32,000 nt of DNA, from assembly GCF_002214165.1 (NCBI RefSeq), contig NZ_CP019964.1, positions 510,001 through 542,000 on the forward strand, written 5' to 3'. A program made the position numbers and the translations under genes. Positions 1-9,844 of this stretch are shown here, piece by piece (position 1 is the stretch's first letter; each line of letters starts with the position of its first letter). This DNA comes from Candidatus Saccharimonadota bacterium. Its GTDB lineage: Archaea; Micrarchaeota; Micrarchaeia; Micrarchaeales; Micrarchaeaceae. The notes below the pieces were generated by a model. The model had not been told where the DNA came from, did not search any database, and worked only from the letters and a program-made list of their open reading frames with translations.

Positions 1-233
1 CAATTGCATAATTGTCGGCATCTTTATTTAATTCAATTAAATTAGGCATCATTTTTGGTCGGTGTTTCATCCATTCTATTATTTCTTCTTTACTTTTAAA
101 AAGTCATAAAATTTATTATATCTTTAAGATTATTGCTTGCATAAAGTTTGTTTAAATCTTCGTCATTCACATGTTATCAACTTAAATCAATTTTATCGAC
201 TTTTAAACTGATAGTAAATTATTTATAAATTAA

Positions 234-1259
234 CTAAACTGTTAGCCCTTCTCTTTCAACTAAGATTGCTTGAGCCTTTGACTTGCTTATCCTATTCAAT
301 ATAATCAGTATTATAAATAAATCTAGTTTACCGCAATAGATTAAATAGGGTATGGAGAAATTTTTAACATAATCCATTAGTTTGCTAATTTTTATATCTT
401 TTGAATTTAGAACTCTATAATCTAATTCATTTCTTATAGCACGTGAATACAAAGCTTTTAAAGCAATTTTTTGATTTGTTTTCAGTAAGAAATCCTTAAA
501 TAAAACATGATACATTTTATACTCTCTATCGTAATGCCCATTCCTTCCAAAAGGATTTGACCTTGAAGTATTATTTTTGTGTATCCTGTAATTTGTTAAT
601 TTTAAATTATCGCATAGAATTTTGCCTTTAATCGACATTGCGAGATATCCAAAAAAATCATCAGGATCAGTAATAATCTTTTTAATATAATCTATATTAT
701 TTATGGAAATTTGCCTTTTTATACTGACACAACTTAAATTGAAATAATATCCGAATAGAACAAACTTATAAATATACCTTTTACTTGAAGTAGGTATGAA
801 CCTCTTTATGTTTATATTGGGCATTTTAAGTGGTTTGTTATATTTATCTTCATAATTTACCTTAAAATCATTATGATAATATACTAAATCTTTATATTTT
901 GAAAACATTTCACTTACCACTTTAAGTTTTCTTCTTTCAAATGTATCGTCATCATCTAAGAAAGATATTATTTCTCCTTTTGAATGAATGATTCCCAATG
1001 CTAAAAATTGCCCTACAGAACCTTCTTTTTTATATATAATTTTAATTCCTTTGCTAATCCATTCTTTATCAAATTCTGTAATAAAATTCTTTACTATAAT
1101 TATCTCATAATTATGTTTTGGGAAATTTTGATTTAAAACAGATTGCACTGCATATTTAAGAAATTGCTTTCTATTATAAGCAGTTATAATTATTGATATG
1201 ATTGGATTATTCTTATTTTGCTCTTTTAATTTTATTATTGAATTAGGGGTTTTTTCCAT
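234..1259 (-). CDS. Glycosyltransferase family 2 (GT-A fold)
   Basis: The N-terminus reads ISIIITAYNRKQFLKYAVQSVLNQ, typical of the GT2 nucleotide-sugar binding region. A DDDD acidic (DxD-like) motif follows (FLDDDDTF). The ORF is 341 aa and intact. Confidence 0.8.
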   Translation of the reverse strand: MEKTPNSIIKLKEQNKNNPIISIIITAYNRKQFLKYAVQSVLNQNFPKHNYEIIIVKNFITEFDKEWISKGIKIIYKKEGSVGQFLALGIIHSKGEIISFLDDDDTFERRKLKVVSEMFSKYKDLVYYHNDFKVNYEDKYNKPLKMPNINIKRFIPTSSKRYIYKFVLFGYYFNLSCVSIKRQISINNIDYIKKIITDPDDFFGYLAMSIKGKILCDNLKLTNYRIHKNNTSRSNPFGRNGHYDREYKMYHVLFKDFLLKTNQKIALKALYSRAIRNELDYRVLNSKDIKISKLMDYVKNFSIPYLIYCGKLDLFIILIILNRISKSKAQAILVEREGLTV

Positions 1260-1290
1260 TTTTTAACACCTTTTTATAAATTCTAAATTT

Positions 1291-2439
1291 CTATTTTATA
1301 TTAGTCTTTTTATATTCCAAGTATTTATTTATTATTTTCAAATATTGTTTTTTGAAATTTTCATAGCTAAATCCTTGGCTATGCTTCCATGCATTGTAGC
1401 TTATCTGCTTATAATTTTTCTTTATTTTGTTTATTAACTCTGGAATCTCATTTATATCCTTAAACAAATATCCATTATATCCATCTTTTACTAATTCATC
1501 CATTGCAGTTCCTTTTCTTACTAAGACAGGGAGGCTGTGAGCTTCTGCCTCAATAAGGGGCATCCCAAAACCCTCATGATGGGAATTGCTTATGTATATA
1601 GTAGCTGGATTTAGCTCATTCTCAAAGTCATCAATTTTACTTGATAAGGTCGCATAATTATTTACGTTAAATCTAAGGGCTTCTCTATATTCGTCTTTGA
1701 ATTCTCTTGTTTGATAATTATCTCCAAATATTCTTATTGGGATTTTGTATTGGTTGCAAGCTCTCACCAACTCTGGGATCCCTTTGTTTAAAGCATACCT
1801 TCCCCAACTTATTAAATGGATCGGCTTTGTATACCTTTCTTGGTAAGGTAACTTATATTTATGGAATAATGGCAAAATATAGATATTATTTGACTTAAAG
1901 CCCAAATCAGCAATGCTCTGCTTTATAAACTGACTTTGTACTATAACAAAAGGATTCATATCTAATATAGATTGAAGCATTGTTTTGGAGTATATATTAA
2001 ATTCTGAATTATATCCTAAATATGGATAGGTTATACCATGATAAAATAGTATATCTCTTTCATGGAAATACCTAAATAATGTGTAAAAAGCGCCATAATG
2101 CCATATTCTTATATCTGCCTTTTCTATTAAATTTCTAGCTACGTTTGGCTTATATTCTTTTTTAGCGTTTAAGTATTCTTTTAACCACTTAGTTTTATTG
2201 TCTAATCGTATAAATCTACTGATAAGGTATGGTATTCCGGATATATAAGATGATTTATTATAATCTGCAGATGCCCAAACAGGGATCCCTTTATATTCAC
2301 TAAATAAATCTGCTATTAAGGAACTGCTCCAGTTGTTTTCTTTATTAATTTTATCTATTGCGAGCATTATATTACTTACCGCATCACCCTTAAATATTAC
2401 AGAGTGCAACTGTACAACATTTAGTTTTTTCTTATTCAT
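1291..2439 (-). CDS. Glycosyltransferase group 1 (GT4-like, GT-B fold)
   Basis: The C-terminal signature HHEGFGMPLIEAEAHSLPVLV...DGYNGYLF matches the EX7E retaining GT1/GT4 motif. The ORF is 382 aa. Confidence 0.8.
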   Translation of the reverse strand: MNKKKLNVVQLHSVIFKGDAVSNIMLAIDKINKENNWSSSLIADLFSEYKGIPVWASADYNKSSYISGIPYLISRFIRLDNKTKWLKEYLNAKKEYKPNVARNLIEKADIRIWHYGAFYTLFRYFHERDILFYHGITYPYLGYNSEFNIYSKTMLQSILDMNPFVIVQSQFIKQSIADLGFKSNNIYILPLFHKYKLPYQERYTKPIHLISWGRYALNKGIPELVRACNQYKIPIRIFGDNYQTREFKDEYREALRFNVNNYATLSSKIDDFENELNPATIYISNSHHEGFGMPLIEAEAHSLPVLVRKGTAMDELVKDGYNGYLFKDINEIPELINKIKKNYKQISYNAWKHSQGFSYENFKKQYLKIINKYLEYKKTNIK

Positions 2440-2550
2440 AAAAAATTTACCTTATTTTAAGATTATTCTATTAATCTTTTGATTATAATAATTATTTTTA
2501 GGTTTCCTATAATTTATTAATACTTGTAGGCAATAACTTTTAAATGGCTA

Positions 2551-4872
2551 GTGATTATTTTGAAGATTAATTCTGAATTTGATAATATAAAGCAGAAAAT
2601 ACCAATCTACTTAGTGGTAATAATACTTATCACACTGTCAATAGCTCAACCAATATTTGAATTTAAAAATAGTATATTTGTACATGAAGATACCCCATTT
2701 ATTGGCCTTACTTATTCATTTAATCAATATGTTAATAGTTTGTATAATAATTTTTTCATTTATAATAATTTGGATTATAGTGGGGTTATACAAAGAGGTA
2801 TGATAAGTCCCTTGAATTATCTATATAGTTTGTTGGTTTTGCCTTTAGCAATTACAAATGGTATACTAGCCAATATCTTAGAAAATATAGTCTTTTTATT
2901 AATAGGTAGCTTAGGTATGTTTATATTTCTTTATAAGTTATTTGAAAAAAGTGGTTATTATATCCGTATCACAAGCAGCCTTATAGGTACATTAATATTT
3001 TTTCCTTTTATTGGTGGAGAATCATCATTCTTGCCTTTTTGTTTCTTGTTTATTTTATTGATATTAAGAAATTTTAATAATAAAACATATAAATTAAAAA
3101 ATAATTCGCTTGTTCTGTTCGGATTAATTATTAGTGCCTCATTTTTATTTACGTTTGGAGGTTACAATTATTTAATTCCTGATTTTATATTATTTGTATT
3201 ACTAATAATAGTCATACCTATTTTTACACAAGATAAAAGATTAAACCTATTTTTTATATTACTTTTAGCTTTTGTAATTGCATTATTGATAAATTTAATC
3301 ATATTTTATGGGGCTTATTTACTATCGATAAGTAAATCAGCTAATATAAGTTATTATTCGTTCATGGGCTCGTTACCAGAACCATTTGCGACAAGTAATA
3401 TCCTTTATGCGTTGCAAATATTACCTTTTTCAAATAATCCTGTAATTTTTACTCTTAAATTACTTCTATTTGCACTTTCCGTATCTGGTGTATTAATATA
3501 CCTAAATAAAATAAAGCATAGTCCAAATTCTACTATAATAATCTCTTTATTGATAATCTTTATATTAATAACTTTCTTTTACAATACCATTTATAAGCCG
3601 TTTGGAGGTATCTTCAAATTTCTTATATTGAACTTTAAATCTTTATACGCAATAAGATCAGGAGATGGGTCATTTTCATATATAATGGGTTTCGTACTTA
3701 GTGTTTTCTCTTCGGCCACAATTATATTCTATAGAGACTATTTAAAAAATAGGGAATTAATTTTTACTTGGGGAATATTAATATTTATACTAATTAGTAT
3801 AGGTTTATTTTATTATAATGATATAACACCTTATACAAATATCAATTATTTTTATGTTAAAATACCTAACCATGTATATTTGGTTAGCAATTACATAAAT
3901 AATAAAAGCGGATATTTCAATGTAGGCATTTTACCTTCTGCTGCAGGATTTCAGTACTTAGATACTTGGTATACAGGTACCAATATATATTCTTACTTAA
4001 TAAACAAACCTGTTTATACTGGAGGTTATATAGCACAATCTGAGATATTTTATCCTGTAACTAAATATCTTTATGACGATGTATCATCAGAAATAGATAA
4101 TAATAAATTAAATGATAGTTATATATCACAGATTTTTGGAATCTTAGGGATAAAATATATTTTAGTCCAGGGCAATGCATTAGAAAGTAGCCCTTATGAC
4201 CAAAATTATTATGATCCCTTTAACCTAAATGAGGTATATATAAATTTAAACAATACTTACAATATAAAATTTGTTAAAAGATATTCAAATACATCCATAT
4301 ATGAAAATTTGGATTATGTCCCACTTATCTATACTACAAATATCTATAATATAGGCAATTCTTCTGATGGTGGATTAATTAAGTCAATAACAAATCAGTC
4401 ATTTGATATTAAAACTGATTCTGTATATATTACACATATTCCAGATTTTTACAATGACAGCGATACAATCAATGCAAGTAGTATACCTAATTTCAAAGAG
4501 CCAGAAATAAAGTTTAATTACAATAATCCGACTCAGATAACTGTCAAGGTAAGAAATGCAACCACGCCATTTTATCTTGTATTTAGGGAAACCTATGGAA
4601 GCCCCTGGCATGCGTATATCAATGGAAAACCTATCCCCTCAAAATACCATATTGCAGTCAATGGTTTTGCTAATGCCTGGTATATTAATAAAACAGGTAA
4701 CTACACGATTACTTTGTATTACACATTGCAGACGGATGCAGATGTTGCATGGATTGTAAGCTTCGCTGCACTTTTCGCAACAATTGGGATTGGGATTTAT
4801 GGCTGGAAAGAGAGTAAAAAGTCGAAGGCAAAAAGCAATAAGCGTATAATGGTAAAGGATTTAGGATTTTGA
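2551..4872 (+). CDS. Large polytopic membrane protein, possible GT-C-type glycosyltransferase (YfhO/DUF3367-like)
   Basis: This 773-aa ORF has a GTG start. About 450 aa of repeated hydrophobic helices are followed by an N/Y/T-rich soluble domain and a C-terminal TM anchor with a basic tail. The motif HIAVNGFANAWYINKTGNYTITLYY resembles C-termini of YfhO/arabinofuranosyltransferase-like proteins. No AglB WWDYG motif was seen. It sits among GT genes. Confidence 0.5.
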   Translation: MIILKINSEFDNIKQKIPIYLVVIILITLSIAQPIFEFKNSIFVHEDTPFIGLTYSFNQYVNSLYNNFFIYNNLDYSGVIQRGMISPLNYLYSLLVLPLAITNGILANILENIVFLLIGSLGMFIFLYKLFEKSGYYIRITSSLIGTLIFFPFIGGESSFLPFCFLFILLILRNFNNKTYKLKNNSLVLFGLIISASFLFTFGGYNYLIPDFILFVLLIIVIPIFTQDKRLNLFFILLLAFVIALLINLIIFYGAYLLSISKSANISYYSFMGSLPEPFATSNILYALQILPFSNNPVIFTLKLLLFALSVSGVLIYLNKIKHSPNSTIIISLLIIFILITFFYNTIYKPFGGIFKFLILNFKSLYAIRSGDGSFSYIMGFVLSVFSSATIIFYRDYLKNRELIFTWGILIFILISIGLFYYNDITPYTNINYFYVKIPNHVYLVSNYINNKSGYFNVGILPSAAGFQYLDTWYTGTNIYSYLINKPVYTGGYIAQSEIFYPVTKYLYDDVSSEIDNNKLNDSYISQIFGILGIKYILVQGNALESSPYDQNYYDPFNLNEVYINLNNTYNIKFVKRYSNTSIYENLDYVPLIYTTNIYNIGNSSDGGLIKSITNQSFDIKTDSVYITHIPDFYNDSDTINASSIPNFKEPEIKFNYNNPTQITVKVRNATTPFYLVFRETYGSPWHAYINGKPIPSKYHIAVNGFANAWYINKTGNYTITLYYTLQTDADVAWIVSFAALFATIGIGIYGWKESKKSKAKSNKRIMVKDLGF

Positions 4873-4916
4873 TGTTTTATTTTTTATTATTCATTTAAAA
4901 TCAATCAAGGTATTAA

Positions 4917-6026
4917 ATGACGAAAATAGCTTTTGTATCTGACGTTGCATATCCCTGGGTAAAGGGAGGCATGGAGTCGATACAATATTTAGAGATGAAA
5001 AATCTTTCCGAAAAGAATGATGTTTACTGCTTCTGCCTTCAGTTTGAAAAGATGAAAAAGGAATTTGATAAAGAAGGAATACATTATATTACTGTTGCAA
5101 AGGCCTCTGTAAAAGATCTTTATACTTCTAAGGGCAGCAGGTCCATAAAACTTGCAATGAAGTTCGCAAGGGCTTTGCCTAGAGCTATTAAAGATTACAA
5201 CTTTGACTTTATATATGCAAATACTTTTCCCTATCTGCATTTGAAATATGTAAAATCTTACTGCAGATCGCACAATTGCATACTTGCACTTGATGTTGCT
5301 GAGGTATGGGATTTAAAGCGCTGGAAGGGTTATCTTGGAACTTTAAAAGGCACTGCTGCATATCGCTATGCAAAAAATGCTATTCACGGTGCTGATTATT
5401 ATGTAGCAAATTCGTCTGTTACCGCAAGCCAGCTGAATTCTGTTGGGATAAAGCCTAATAAAATCAAAATACTTTCTCCGGTATTAGACCTAAAAATCCG
5501 TGTCAAGAAATCAAAAAGGGATACATCTGTGGTCTATTCAGGCAGGCTAATAAAGGAAAAGAGATTGGACCTGTGGATTGATGCTGTGGCCAAGGCACAT
5601 TCGCTAAATCCAAATATAAAGGGCATTATCATAGGCTCAGGTCCTGAAGAAACCCATATCCGCGATCTTGCATCTTCTTACGATTTCATAAAAATGAGAA
5701 AGCCTTATGCAACCAAATTATGGCTTTATAATGAACTTCGCAGGTCAATGTGCTTCCTGAATATGAGCGAGCGTGAGGGCTTAAGTATAACCACGATAGA
5801 AAGCGCATTCCTTGAAACTCCACCTTTGCTGCCTGATTATACCCCAATACCAGATGAGGTAAAAGAGATATCTATTGTTAAAAGTTTAAATTCTATTCCA
5901 GAAGCAATAGTAGATATAGCTTCTGGAAAAATCAATTATAAATTAGACAAAGATAAATTGAAAAAATTCGATATAACAACGATAAATCCTTTATTTGAAA
6001 GACTTATCCGTAAAAGAAAAGCTTAA
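4917..6026 (+). CDS. Glycosyltransferase group 1 (GT4-like)
   Basis: The segment FLNMSEREGLSITTIESAFLETPPL matches the EX7E-type GT1 C-terminal motif. A central GSGPEE segment is typical of the GT-B interdomain region. The ORF is 369 aa. Confidence 0.8.
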   Translation: MTKIAFVSDVAYPWVKGGMESIQYLEMKNLSEKNDVYCFCLQFEKMKKEFDKEGIHYITVAKASVKDLYTSKGSRSIKLAMKFARALPRAIKDYNFDFIYANTFPYLHLKYVKSYCRSHNCILALDVAEVWDLKRWKGYLGTLKGTAAYRYAKNAIHGADYYVANSSVTASQLNSVGIKPNKIKILSPVLDLKIRVKKSKRDTSVVYSGRLIKEKRLDLWIDAVAKAHSLNPNIKGIIIGSGPEETHIRDLASSYDFIKMRKPYATKLWLYNELRRSMCFLNMSEREGLSITTIESAFLETPPLLPDYTPIPDEVKEISIVKSLNSIPEAIVDIASGKINYKLDKDKLKKFDITTINPLFERLIRKRKA

Positions 6027-6172
6027 CAAAACTTCTAATTGCCCCAATAATCTATTTATTCTCTGATGATTTTATATTTCTTATTTATATTGTGTTTTCT
6101 AATGGACATATTTATTCCAAATATACGCTTCATGGCCTTGCTCGAAAGCTTTACCGGATCGAATACTATTAA

Positions 6173-6520
6173 TTAAGGCACTTTGCTTGCTATGCTGTAG
6201 GCTTTCGGATCTACTTTCCTGCCAGACTTAATGGGATTGGAGTCAATATAGTTATACAATGCAAATCCACGTTCCATCAATATCTTGAAAAAAGTCTCAA
6301 ATGTAACATGCCTTACTGGCATTAAAACCTTCCATGTCCTGTACCTTATATCTTCCTTGAAGTAGTCGCTAAATTTCCTGTAAAATTTAGGCTTTCCTTC
6401 AATAGGCTCAGATACATCTATAACAGGGTTTCCTTCAGATATGATTAAGTGACCCTTATCCTTTAAAACCCTATAAATTGAGTAACCAACTGATAAATAG
6501 TTATATTTGGTTACCTCCAA
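6173..6520 (-). CDS. Hypothetical protein, possibly the C-terminal remnant of a larger gene (methyltransferase-like tail)
   Basis: There is no ATG start; TTG is used at 6520. The frame stays open about 17 more codons upstream to a stop without any ATG. The segment LKDKGHLIISEGNP resembles the end of class I SAM-methyltransferase folds. The assignment is weak. Confidence 0.3.
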   Translation of the reverse strand: MEVTKYNYLSVGYSIYRVLKDKGHLIISEGNPVIDVSEPIEGKPKFYRKFSDYFKEDIRYRTWKVLMPVRHVTFETFFKILMERGFALYNYIDSNPIKSGRKVDPKAYSIASKVP

Positions 6521-6710
6521 CTTTGGACTTTTTCCTTTAATTGGCCAAAATAGCAGAATTTGAGAATCTTAAATATCATTTTAATTTGTAAATATCCCAT
6601 AATATAAGGTTTTATAAGCGTCCTATACCAAATAATTGTATATATTAATGATTCATGAATTACTGACAATTTAAATTTATCAAACCTTTAAAAATAATTT
6701 AAGGATATAT

Positions 6711-7487
6711 ATGAAAACATTATATGTATATGGAACAGTTTATAATAACAGAGATATAATAGAAAAAAGTATAAGTTCATTATATCCCCTTACTAAACAG
6801 TTTAAGCTTTATTTTTCTATAATTGACAATTTTTCATCGGATGGAACTTATCAATGGCTAATATCAAATTCCAATAAATACAAAAATATGACTTTTAATA
6901 TAAAGCAGGTCAAATGTAACAGAGGTAAGGGTAGATCATTGGCTTTAAATCAAATATTAAAAGTAGCTAATCCTAATTCTTTTACATTTTATATAGATTT
7001 CGATACAATATATTTGCCAAGATACCTTGATTACATAATTGATTTTGTTAGCCACAAGTACAGAAATAAAATAGGAATTGGCCATTTAAGCTTAGTAAAG
7101 TATAATTATAAGGTTGGATGGAAAAGCCTTAATTATGGTGAAGATGTCGAAAGGACAGCACATTTTAGATTAGATGGGTATAAAATAGATATGATACGGC
7201 ATGAGGATTATTCGTTTGCTATTAACCAAGATAGAGGTAATTCAGCCAAAGAAAGGGAAGCTCACTATGATAAAGGATTAAGGTATTATATTAGAATATT
7301 TTTTAATGCTGTTGATATGGAAAGAGGATGGGCATTTCCGAATTTTCATGAGTTTTATAATGTATCTAAAATTAAATCTAAATCTAGGTATATAATTTTC
7401 ATGCTTGCTTATTTGGTAGCCAATATTGAAGGAATTTATAGGTACTCAAAGAAAGAGAATAATTGGGATTTTTTTAGAAGACAATAA
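6711..7487 (+). CDS. Glycosyltransferase family 2-like protein
   Basis: IIDNFSSDGT matches the GT2 DNxSxDGT motif, RGKGRSLALNQ is GT2-like, and a DFD acidic motif is present. The ORF is 258 aa with an ATG start preceded by an A/T-rich region. Confidence 0.65.
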   Translation: MKTLYVYGTVYNNRDIIEKSISSLYPLTKQFKLYFSIIDNFSSDGTYQWLISNSNKYKNMTFNIKQVKCNRGKGRSLALNQILKVANPNSFTFYIDFDTIYLPRYLDYIIDFVSHKYRNKIGIGHLSLVKYNYKVGWKSLNYGEDVERTAHFRLDGYKIDMIRHEDYSFAINQDRGNSAKEREAHYDKGLRYYIRIFFNAVDMERGWAFPNFHEFYNVSKIKSKSRYIIFMLAYLVANIEGIYRYSKKENNWDFFRRQ

Positions 7488-7612
7488 TAAACAGTGTAAT
7501 ATATAAAAAGATAGGCAAGTCACGTGTACAAATTTACATAATATAATATTTTTTGTATACTTGAAAATAATAGAGGATAATATTTTCCAACTATAAATAT
7601 TTTATACAAATT

Positions 7613-8533
7613 CTATCTGTGAAGATCTTTGGACCTTTCCGCAATCTTTACAGCCCTTATATATGAAAGAAATCCGATTATTATTACTGCGAATATCACC
7701 AAGAAGAACCCTATCCCAAGATCATGAAGATTGTGTATCTTAAGCGGAGTCACAATATCGTAAGTCAAAAGCCAGGGAAATTCCAAGATCAAGGAACCCG
7801 ACACCATGAAAGCTAATCCCCCATAAAGGAGGACATCGGAGCTTATGGTCCTAGCGACAAAAGCTATCCCTTTTTGAGTAAGTTTCTTCGCACTTGTGAG
7901 CCATCTCCCGAATCCTGCCCCAAACAGTATCTGCATTATCATTGTGCCTATCCCGAACATGAATCCGGGGACCCACCCTACCCAAGGACTTGGCATCGCG
8001 GGCGAAAGGACTGTATATATTATCAGCGCAAATGCTCCAAATCCAAAACCTGCTATAAGGCCGTGAAGGAACGCCAATTTTGATGGGACTGCTTTCAATT
8101 GTGGTGATGAATCAGTTGTATTTAGAGGATTCAGAACATGCTCCTCTTCCAAAAGATGGGATTTGCTCCCTTTCTTATGTATGCCTACCATATAGCTAAG
8201 TTTCTCCTCTATCCAATGCCAATGGGGGTAAATCTTCTTATTCTTTATGTAAATCCCTGCCGCCAGCATAGCAAGACCGACAAATACATAGGTAATGCCA
8301 AATGCTGTAGCTGTCATGAATATTCCTGCCAGTGCGAAATAAGCGATTTCTGATAAAATTGACCTCTGAAGGGTAAACCCGCTTGAAAATATGAATCCTG
8401 CTTTCATTCCTCCTTTCGTGCTGTAGCTTCCTACAGCATAAGAGAAGGTTATCGGCCATGTGTGCTCATCGGGGGTTATCCCATGTACGAATCCTAAAAG
8501 CAGAGCGATTATTATTGCTGTGTAGAATCCCAC
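7613..8533 (-). CDS. Polytopic membrane protein, possible metal (Ni/Co-type) transporter
   Basis: This 306-aa ORF has about 7-8 hydrophobic segments. The N-terminal helix carries GFVHGITPDEH, reminiscent of His/Asp motifs in HupE/UreJ and NicO-type transporters. A His-rich loop (HWHW, HKKGSKSH) is also present. The functional call is tentative. Confidence 0.4.
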   Translation of the reverse strand: MGFYTAIIIALLLGFVHGITPDEHTWPITFSYAVGSYSTKGGMKAGFIFSSGFTLQRSILSEIAYFALAGIFMTATAFGITYVFVGLAMLAAGIYIKNKKIYPHWHWIEEKLSYMVGIHKKGSKSHLLEEEHVLNPLNTTDSSPQLKAVPSKLAFLHGLIAGFGFGAFALIIYTVLSPAMPSPWVGWVPGFMFGIGTMIMQILFGAGFGRWLTSAKKLTQKGIAFVARTISSDVLLYGGLAFMVSGSLILEFPWLLTYDIVTPLKIHNLHDLGIGFFLVIFAVIIIGFLSYIRAVKIAERSKDLHR

Positions 8534-9012
8534 ATCGGTTGGATTCCACAGGTTTATTGCTACTATTTTAGCACCTTGTATCGACCAATCTTTTAATCAA
8601 TATTTCAAATTTACCGGCAACCATCTGCAATCTTTAAGCAAGTGGATGGGAATTTCCGCTTCGCAAGATCGGATATGAAAACCGATAAACGTTTTACAAT
8701 TTACAAAATAAATATAGCTAGATAAATATAAAAAGGCGGTATTAATTTTGAATATGGATAAGAACAGCATACTAAAAGAGAAAGGAAAAGAAACGATGCT
8801 AAGAAAGAAGAGTTAAAAACAAAAGTTTATTGAATAAAGATTTATAGAGTTAAGGTTTCAAACAAGAAACGTTATAGTTTTGAGAGATTATTTCTTGAAG
8901 GAAAACCGTTCAAATCCGAGGCTTTCCCGCGGGATATATGGGGCTCAATCCGTAATGGTAAGTTAGTCTGCTTTAAACATTAATTTTAAATATAATTAAG
9001 TGCTAGAGGATA

Positions 9013-9756
9013 TTGTGGTGTGATTATTTGGTACAAAAAGAAAAACGGGTTTATTATGCATCATCGGTGGTTAAGGATCTTGATTCTGTAATGGATGATT
9101 TAAGGTACAATGTTTTTAGGAGCATATCTGCAGCAGAGGAAAAACTCGCTAAAAAGTACTCTCTTGAAATAGATGACTTCAAGGATGACGTACTGCACTT
9201 TCCTAATTCTGACATAAACAGGGACTTTTTCATAGAAGAAGACGAAACAGACGACAAAGAAGGAAATTTGGTTTGGCTGGAAAATATCAACAACTCTGTA
9301 AGTAGAGAAAAAAAGTATAGGTTTATACACGATGTGACCTTTAAATCTTTAATGGACTACAAAATAGAGCACTCCTATAATGTTACATCGACGGCCTTAA
9401 TCGACCTCGATTATTCCTTGGAGGACAAACTGAAGGATTTGGACGAGAGTGAACATGTCTATATAAACAACGACATTGAAAGGCTGCTTAATAAATTTAT
9501 TGGATTGCAGGAGTTGGAAGCCAATAACCTGAATGAGAAATTGAAATCGATTGACTTTGGCAATAATAGGGCGGAGGACGAGTTTCATTCGGCCTTTGAC
9601 CATTACTTATATAAAATTTCTAGGTATACTCATTGCTTAGACAGGGTTTCAAAAGCACTGGATGATCCGGATGCGGGTTTGCGCGAGATTCACAACAGTA
9701 TAGCAAGCGAGGTAACTTTTATGGAAAGCCTTATGAAGATCCGGTCAGACAATTAA
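9013..9756 (+). CDS. Hypothetical acidic, probably alpha-helical cytoplasmic protein
   Basis: This 247-aa ORF has a TTG start, and the first in-frame Met is about 27 codons in. It is rich in D/E and has no recognisable motif. The start position is uncertain. Confidence 0.45.
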   Translation: MWCDYLVQKEKRVYYASSVVKDLDSVMDDLRYNVFRSISAAEEKLAKKYSLEIDDFKDDVLHFPNSDINRDFFIEEDETDDKEGNLVWLENINNSVSREKKYRFIHDVTFKSLMDYKIEHSYNVTSTALIDLDYSLEDKLKDLDESEHVYINNDIERLLNKFIGLQELEANNLNEKLKSIDFGNNRAEDEFHSAFDHYLYKISRYTHCLDRVSKALDDPDAGLREIHNSIASEVTFMESLMKIRSDN

Positions 9757-9844
9757 TGATCAATAGCTGGTTGCAGACTGCATGCTTTGCCACGCGGCAA
9801 ATGGTTAAAGCAGACAAAAAAATAATAAAAATAAAATTTAAAGA

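Noticed and set aside
1-52. Possible 5' end of a minus-strand gene (MMPNLIELNKDADNYAI...) running off the left edge
   Set aside because: Only 17 codons are visible and no motif is present. It cannot be supported from this window.
6055-6120. CTGATGA as a possible box C of a C/D sRNA
   Set aside because: It lacks the preferred purine before UGAUGA. There is no convincing D box (CUGA) at the appropriate distance, no terminal stem and no guide logic.
8608-8621. 14-mer AATTTACCGGCAAC shared with 26329-26342
   Set aside because: A few exact 14-mer coincidences are expected by chance in 32 kb of AT-biased sequence on both strands. There is no extended similarity around either copy.
8895-8940. tRNA-like fragment (GTTCAAATCC ... 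CCCGCGGG) resembling the T-arm and acceptor end of the tRNA-Ile, possibly an att-site remnant
   Set aside because: The T-stem does not pair (AACCG versus CCGAG). There is a 10-nt insertion relative to the tRNA. The orientation is opposite to the tRNA-Ile gene, so it cannot be a direct att repeat of it.
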